DNA from: Candidatus Kaiserbacteria bacterium
GTDB taxonomy: Bacteria; Patescibacteriota; Minisyncoccia; Phycocordibacterales; Phycocordibacteraceae
Direction: 5' to 3'
Assembly (NCBI GenBank): GCA_026396675.1
Contig: JAPLWI010000011.1
Location: 1-59,472 of the forward strand
DNA length: 59,472 nucleotides
A program made the translations under genes and the position numbers. Position 1 is the first letter of the stretch. Every line of letters begins with the position of its first letter. The notes below the pieces were generated by a model, which worked only from the letters and a program-made list of their open reading frames with translations, was not told the origin of the DNA and made no database searches. Below, piece by piece: positions 55,599-59,472 of the stretch.

Positions 55599-56260
55599 AG
55601 TGCCTGATCAATTAATTGTTTAACTGCGTCATAGGAGTACGCGCCGTTCATTACGATAGGCACCTGACCTTTTACGAGAATGAGAGAATATGGAGTTCCT
55701 TTCGCACCGACATCAAGCGCATTTTGGCGGTCAGCATTAATTCGCGCGTCAAGAGTCGAAGATGCGTTGGCGTAGCAGGTAGCGAAAGCGTCCCCCGAAA
55801 TGCCCGCAATTGCCGCGAACTTTCCATATTGTGAAGGACCAATCGGCTGATTTGCGAAAAGCGCGTCCGCGAATTTCCAAAATGCGTCATTGCCTGCAAC
55901 AGCAGCGGCACACTCGGCTGCGCGAGCGTGTGAAAATGCATTCGGATGAATCTCAACAAGAGGAAATTCGCGATACACCCACGCGACTTTCCCATTAGTA
56001 CCTTCGTTCGCAATAATCTGATTCATCGTTTCATTAAAGTTTTTGCAAAAATCACAATCAAAGTCAGAATATTCTACGATCACGACTGGCGCTGCAGGAT
56101 TCCCGAACAAGTGGTCATTCGCACCGATCGGCCGTACTAGTGCCGGATTGCCTGAGTCCGGTGTCGTTATCGTCGGGTGTCGCATTGAAAAATACACTGC
56201 TCCTGCAACGACAATTCCGCCGAGGATAATCGCGATTGGGATTGTAAGTTGGGATTTCAT
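55586..56260 (-). CDS. DsbA-family thiol:disulfide oxidoreductase, membrane-anchored
   Basis: N-terminal TM segment, VVIVEYSDFDCDFCKNF (CxxC), and GTPYSLI near the C-terminus. Confidence 0.8.
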   Translation of the reverse strand: MKSQLTIPIAIILGGIVVAGAVYFSMRHPTITTPDSGNPALVRPIGANDHLFGNPAAPVVIVEYSDFDCDFCKNFNETMNQIIANEGTNGKVAWVYREFPLVEIHPNAFSHARAAECAAAVAGNDAFWKFADALFANQPIGPSQYGKFAAIAGISGDAFATCYANASSTLDARINADRQNALDVGAKGTPYSLILVKGQVPIVMNGAYSYDAVKQLIDQALSTR

Positions 56261-56838
56261 AATTGGAGTGCGTGCGTCATCGTTGATGTTTTATTTATTT
56301 CATGATTCCAAAGCGACGTATCAATTTTAATATCACGAATATCTCGCAGATCTTTATACTTAAGTACTCCGTGTTCAAGCGCATACTCATACAATTTACG
56401 CGTGATGCGCACATCATCAATACAATAGTCGCGAACCTGATCTTTCTTTCCTTCTTTCCACCACACTCCAGCTTTCAACCCATCGCCTGATTTCCCACTA
56501 CCGAGCGTTGCTTCGGCGAGCGACTGAAGTCGAATACGACGACCGAGCACTTTTTGTACTTCAACAAGCAAATCGAGCGAACGAATATGCGAGAGATCGC
56601 CGGGGTAATAACGATTTAAAAGCGGAATGTCGAACGAGTCAGAATTAAAACCAATAAGCATGTCGGCGTGTTCTATAATCGGCCAGAGTTTTGGCAATTC
56701 TTCTTTAACGAACGATGAATACTCATCCGTATGCGAATCATGAATAGCCACCACAATGAGTTCTTGTTCCCGTACATCAATGTGACCGCGCACAACGGAG
56801 TCAGAAATGGACTCAATATCGAAAGTAATAGCGCGCAT
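56257..56838 (-). CDS. DEDD-family 3'-5' exonuclease (PolB-exo/RNase T-like)
   Basis: ITFDIES, GFNSDSFDIPLL, YCIDDVRITRKLY (Exo I/II/III). Confidence 0.75.
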   Translation of the reverse strand: MRAITFDIESISDSVVRGHIDVREQELIVVAIHDSHTDEYSSFVKEELPKLWPIIEHADMLIGFNSDSFDIPLLNRYYPGDLSHIRSLDLLVEVQKVLGRRIRLQSLAEATLGSGKSGDGLKAGVWWKEGKKDQVRDYCIDDVRITRKLYEYALEHGVLKYKDLRDIRDIKIDTSLWNHEINKTSTMTHALQL

Positions 56839-56840
56839 AC

Positions 56841-58109
56841 TTAACTGCCAGCGCGAAGCCGTACGAGTAATTCGGAAAGGGGAAGTCCAACTTCCTCGCC
56901 AGTCGCGAGAATTTTCATACGAAGTGAATTGCCTGAAATCTCATCTGTGCCGTATGCGATAAAGAGCGGAATGCCGCGCTTCACAGCATCTTTTATTTGA
57001 TCACCAAGTGTTCGATCAGTCAGGTTTACGAAAATACGACCACCTTGTTTTCGTAGTGTGTCGGCGAAGGCCTGTGCGGCGGGAATGTCACCAACGGTTG
57101 GCGTGCCAAGATAGAGTTGCGGCCTTCCTTTGTTCGTGTCGATGGTGAGTTTGTGCGTCTCAAGAAAATCAGAAAGAGTTACATCTCCGAGCGCGAAACC
57201 GACAGCTGGGATCTGATCTCCACCAAAGAGTGCAACAAGACCATCGTATCGTCCGCCACCAAAGAGAGCCCGAGGATTCGCCGGATTAGTGTCATACACT
57301 TCGAAGACCATGCCAGTGTAATAGTCAAAACCGCGCGTAATACCAGCATCAAAGACGACATTCCCAACGCCGCGCGCTTTTAATCCATTTATACGATCAA
57401 GAAGTTTACTTTTCTCCTTCGCTACCTCGTCTGCCGCTCCAGTGTTTTCGATAATCGTAAAAGGATCTTTTGACGAGAGCGTAGAAGATGCAGCGACAAA
57501 AGCTGCGGGCGTCATTTTTGATTTTTTATCCAGGAGACGCAGATAATTTCGGACACCGTCACTTTTTAATCCAGCCGCTTTACAGGCGGCATTTAGAAGT
57601 GTCCGTGAATTCATACGGATGACGAAATCACTTTCCGTAGCACCGAAGTCTTTTAACAGAGCAGACACTAATCGTACAATTTCGATATCCGCTTCACCTT
57701 CTGGAAGACCGATGAGATCAATATCCGCTTGGTAAAACTCACGCAATCGACCTTTCTGCGGCCGTTCATAGCGAAAACGATTACCGATAGAGAACCAGCG
57801 GAGTGGCATCGCGAGCTCGCGGCGTTTAGCGGCAACCATTCGTGCGAGTGTCGGCGTCATTTCGGGACGCAGTGTCACACGACGATCACCCCGGTCCATG
57901 AAAGTGTAAGTTTGTTCACCAACAATTTCTTCAGATGTCTTCGCTTCGTAAATTTCGGCGCGTTCTAGGGGGGAAGCGTTGTATTCCTCATATCCCCACA
58001 ACATTAATGTCTTACTGATTCGTGTGAAGATTGCTTGAAGACGCACCCAATCAGATGGGTAAAAATCACGGACGCCTTTATAAGGATCGGTAGAAAGTGG
58101 TTCTGACAT
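56841..58109 (-). CDS. hisS: Histidine-tRNA ligase
   Basis: KGVRDFYP, RLREFYQADIDLIG, GGGRYDGL. Confidence 0.93.
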   Translation of the reverse strand: MSEPLSTDPYKGVRDFYPSDWVRLQAIFTRISKTLMLWGYEEYNASPLERAEIYEAKTSEEIVGEQTYTFMDRGDRRVTLRPEMTPTLARMVAAKRRELAMPLRWFSIGNRFRYERPQKGRLREFYQADIDLIGLPEGEADIEIVRLVSALLKDFGATESDFVIRMNSRTLLNAACKAAGLKSDGVRNYLRLLDKKSKMTPAAFVAASSTLSSKDPFTIIENTGAADEVAKEKSKLLDRINGLKARGVGNVVFDAGITRGFDYYTGMVFEVYDTNPANPRALFGGGRYDGLVALFGGDQIPAVGFALGDVTLSDFLETHKLTIDTNKGRPQLYLGTPTVGDIPAAQAFADTLRKQGGRIFVNLTDRTLGDQIKDAVKRGIPLFIAYGTDEISGNSLRMKILATGEEVGLPLSELLVRLRAGS

Positions 58110-58116
58110 GCAAAAA

Positions 58117-58851
58117 TTATATCATTTTGGCGCAAATTACGCGTGGCTTGTCATACTGGTCATTCAATATTTTGGCACGCAATCCTTGTGACTCAAACAA
58201 TGAGAGCGCGATTGTCGAGTGTTCACTGTCGCACTCAATCCACGTCTCACCTCCTTCCGTAAGGTGACACCTCGTGGAAAGCGCGATACGGCGGATTAGG
58301 TCGAGGCCATCAACGCCAGCTCGCAGAGCGCGAGACGGCTCGTAATCAGCGACACTCGACTGTAATATGCGATTGTCGGGAATGTAGGGCGGATTCACGG
58401 CGATGACATCGAACTGCAGATTACCGAAGGGTTCAAAGAGGTCACCAATACCGATGTGTGCTCGTGATGCATTCAAATTATTCTCGTGAATGTTTTTTAA
58501 AATAGTTTTCTCATGTGCAGGGTCAATCTCTCCAAAAAATACTTCCATATATGGTAGTGCTTTTAATGCCGCGCATCCGATTGCGCCGCTTCCAGCGCAG
58601 ATGTCGAGGAATGTCATGTGGGGTTTCCGAAACCCCACATGATTTAAGAGTTGCTCGGTCCACCACTCTGTTTCTGGTCGTGGAATGAGCGGCTTTGAAT
58701 CGAGATAAATTTTCAATCCTAGAAATGGTTGCCAACCAATGACATATCCAAGCGGCTCGCCTTTGGCGAGCCGCTTTTTATCGGCCTCATATTCCGGTGT
58801 TTCTTTCCCATTGTATTTTTCTTTCAAAAGCCACTGTTCATCCTTGGTCAT
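58117..58851 (-). CDS. prmC: Release-factor glutamine N5-methyltransferase (PrmC/HemK), short form
   Basis: LIPRPETE, DICAGSGAIG, VIAVNPPYIP (NPPY). Confidence 0.85.
   Translation of the reverse strand: MTKDEQWLLKEKYNGKETPEYEADKKRLAKGEPLGYVIGWQPFLGLKIYLDSKPLIPRPETEWWTEQLLNHVGFRKPHMTFLDICAGSGAIGCAALKALPYMEVFFGEIDPAHEKTILKNIHENNLNASRAHIGIGDLFEPFGNLQFDVIAVNPPYIPDNRILQSSVADYEPSRALRAGVDGLDLIRRIALSTRCHLTEGGETWIECDSEHSTIALSLFESQGLRAKILNDQYDKPRVICAKMI
58257..58281. repeat. 25-nt copy (1 mismatch) of the right arm of the 55550-55598 hairpin, inside prmC
   Basis: CCGTAAGGTGACACCTCGTGGAAAG compared with CCGTAAGGTGTCACCTCGTGGAAAG at 55576-55600. Confidence 0.9.
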
Positions 58852-58873
58852 ATAAAGAAGTTACCACGAAAAC

Positions 58874-58902
58874 AAAAATGCTCCGCCTAGCGGAGCATTT
58901 TT
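58874..58902 (-). terminator. Rho-independent terminator of the RRM gene
   Basis: AAAAATGCTCCG-CCTAG-CGGAGCATTTTT. T-tracts follow on both strands. Confidence 0.8.
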
Positions 58903-58926
58903 GTTGTGGCGAAATGAGTAAGAGAA

Positions 58927-59283
58927 TTAGTATCCTCCGCGACCGTAGCCGCCACGACCATAACCGCCTGCATCGCCACCTCCAAAGCCGCCTTCGCGGC
59001 GAGGAGGGCGATCACCCTGCGGTCGGGCGAAAGAGACCGAGAGCGTGCGCCCATCCATCTCCTTACCGTCCCAACGATCGATTGCCGCTTGCGCCTCCGC
59101 TTCGGAAGCCATTTCGACGAAGCCGAAGCCGCGTGAGCGGCCCGTCATACGATCAGAAATAATACTCGCGGACACGACATTACAGACCTCGCTAAAGGTC
59201 TTTTTAAGATCGTCTTCCGTCGAGCGATAGGGGATACCGCCCACGTAGAGCTTGTTCCCCTGTACTGATGCTGCATTGTCCAT
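58927..59283 (-). CDS. Glycine-rich RNA-binding protein (single RRM)
   Basis: KLYVGGIPY (RNP2), RGFGFVEM (RNP1) and a C-terminal GGFGGGDAGGYGRGGYGRGGY. The start is set at MDNAAS (ATG 59283-59281). Confidence 0.88.
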   Translation of the reverse strand: MDNAASVQGNKLYVGGIPYRSTEDDLKKTFSEVCNVVSASIISDRMTGRSRGFGFVEMASEAEAQAAIDRWDGKEMDGRTLSVSFARPQGDRPPRREGGFGGGDAGGYGRGGYGRGGY

Positions 59284-59472
59284 GTATTGGATATAACTGA
59301 TTAACCTCGCCGAAACTGAACACTTGCGGCTCGCCTTCGCCAGCTGGCGAACGGCTAAACCGAGCGAAGCTCGAATACTCTGCGAGTAAAAACAGTATGA
59401 CAGAAATGCCAAAAAAATGCAAGGGAGTGTGGATAACTTTAATGAGTGCCAGAAAAAAGAGCTGGGAAGAAC

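Overview
This 59.5-kb window looks like part of a small, streamlined bacterial chromosome of the Candidate Phyla Radiation / Patescibacteria (Parcubacteria-like) type. That placement is an inference from several traits: split transketolase, class I aldolase, an 'RMRHT'-type L32, many domain-reduced housekeeping proteins, and large secreted proteins with 'YAWS..GWI.F' repeats. The standard genetic code applies, because conserved genes end at TGA, TAA and TAG at the expected lengths. The backbone is housekeeping: gap-rpiB-rpe-tktN-tktC-pfkB-fba, rplY, rpmE-prfA-rpsB-tsf, tRNA-Thr, pheS, gyrB, thrS-dnaE, rnhB, rpmF-nusB-rnc-smc, rnr, rpsP-KH-trmD, rpoB-rpoC, dnaG-rpoD, hisS-prmC and an RRM protein. 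There are three accessory parts. (1) At 1-4973 a fibre/surface-protein gene is fractured by a split intein. Its N and C halves are separated by a 3.2-kb co-directional cassette encoding an NYN RNase-like protein, a PemK/MazF-like toxin, a Zn-ribbon/HTH/PD-(D/E)XK nuclease and a four-helix-bundle protein. This is the best candidate for an undescribed system. (2) At 4977-5790 there is a REP/RAYT unit, and its palindromic REP units also sit in frame inside the RAYT gene itself and inside transketolase (8541-8592). (3) At 12.8-22.1 kb there is an island of secreted or membrane proteins. It includes two paralogues ending in FQEF and an A+T-rich insert. Several essential proteins have unusual reduced or fused architectures: a mitochondrial-type single-chain PheRS, ThrRS without an editing domain, RF1 without domain 1, a shortened EF-Ts, a hinge-less mini-SMC, and a NusB-Nudix fusion. 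No rRNA gene, CRISPR array, integrase or prophage structural module was seen.
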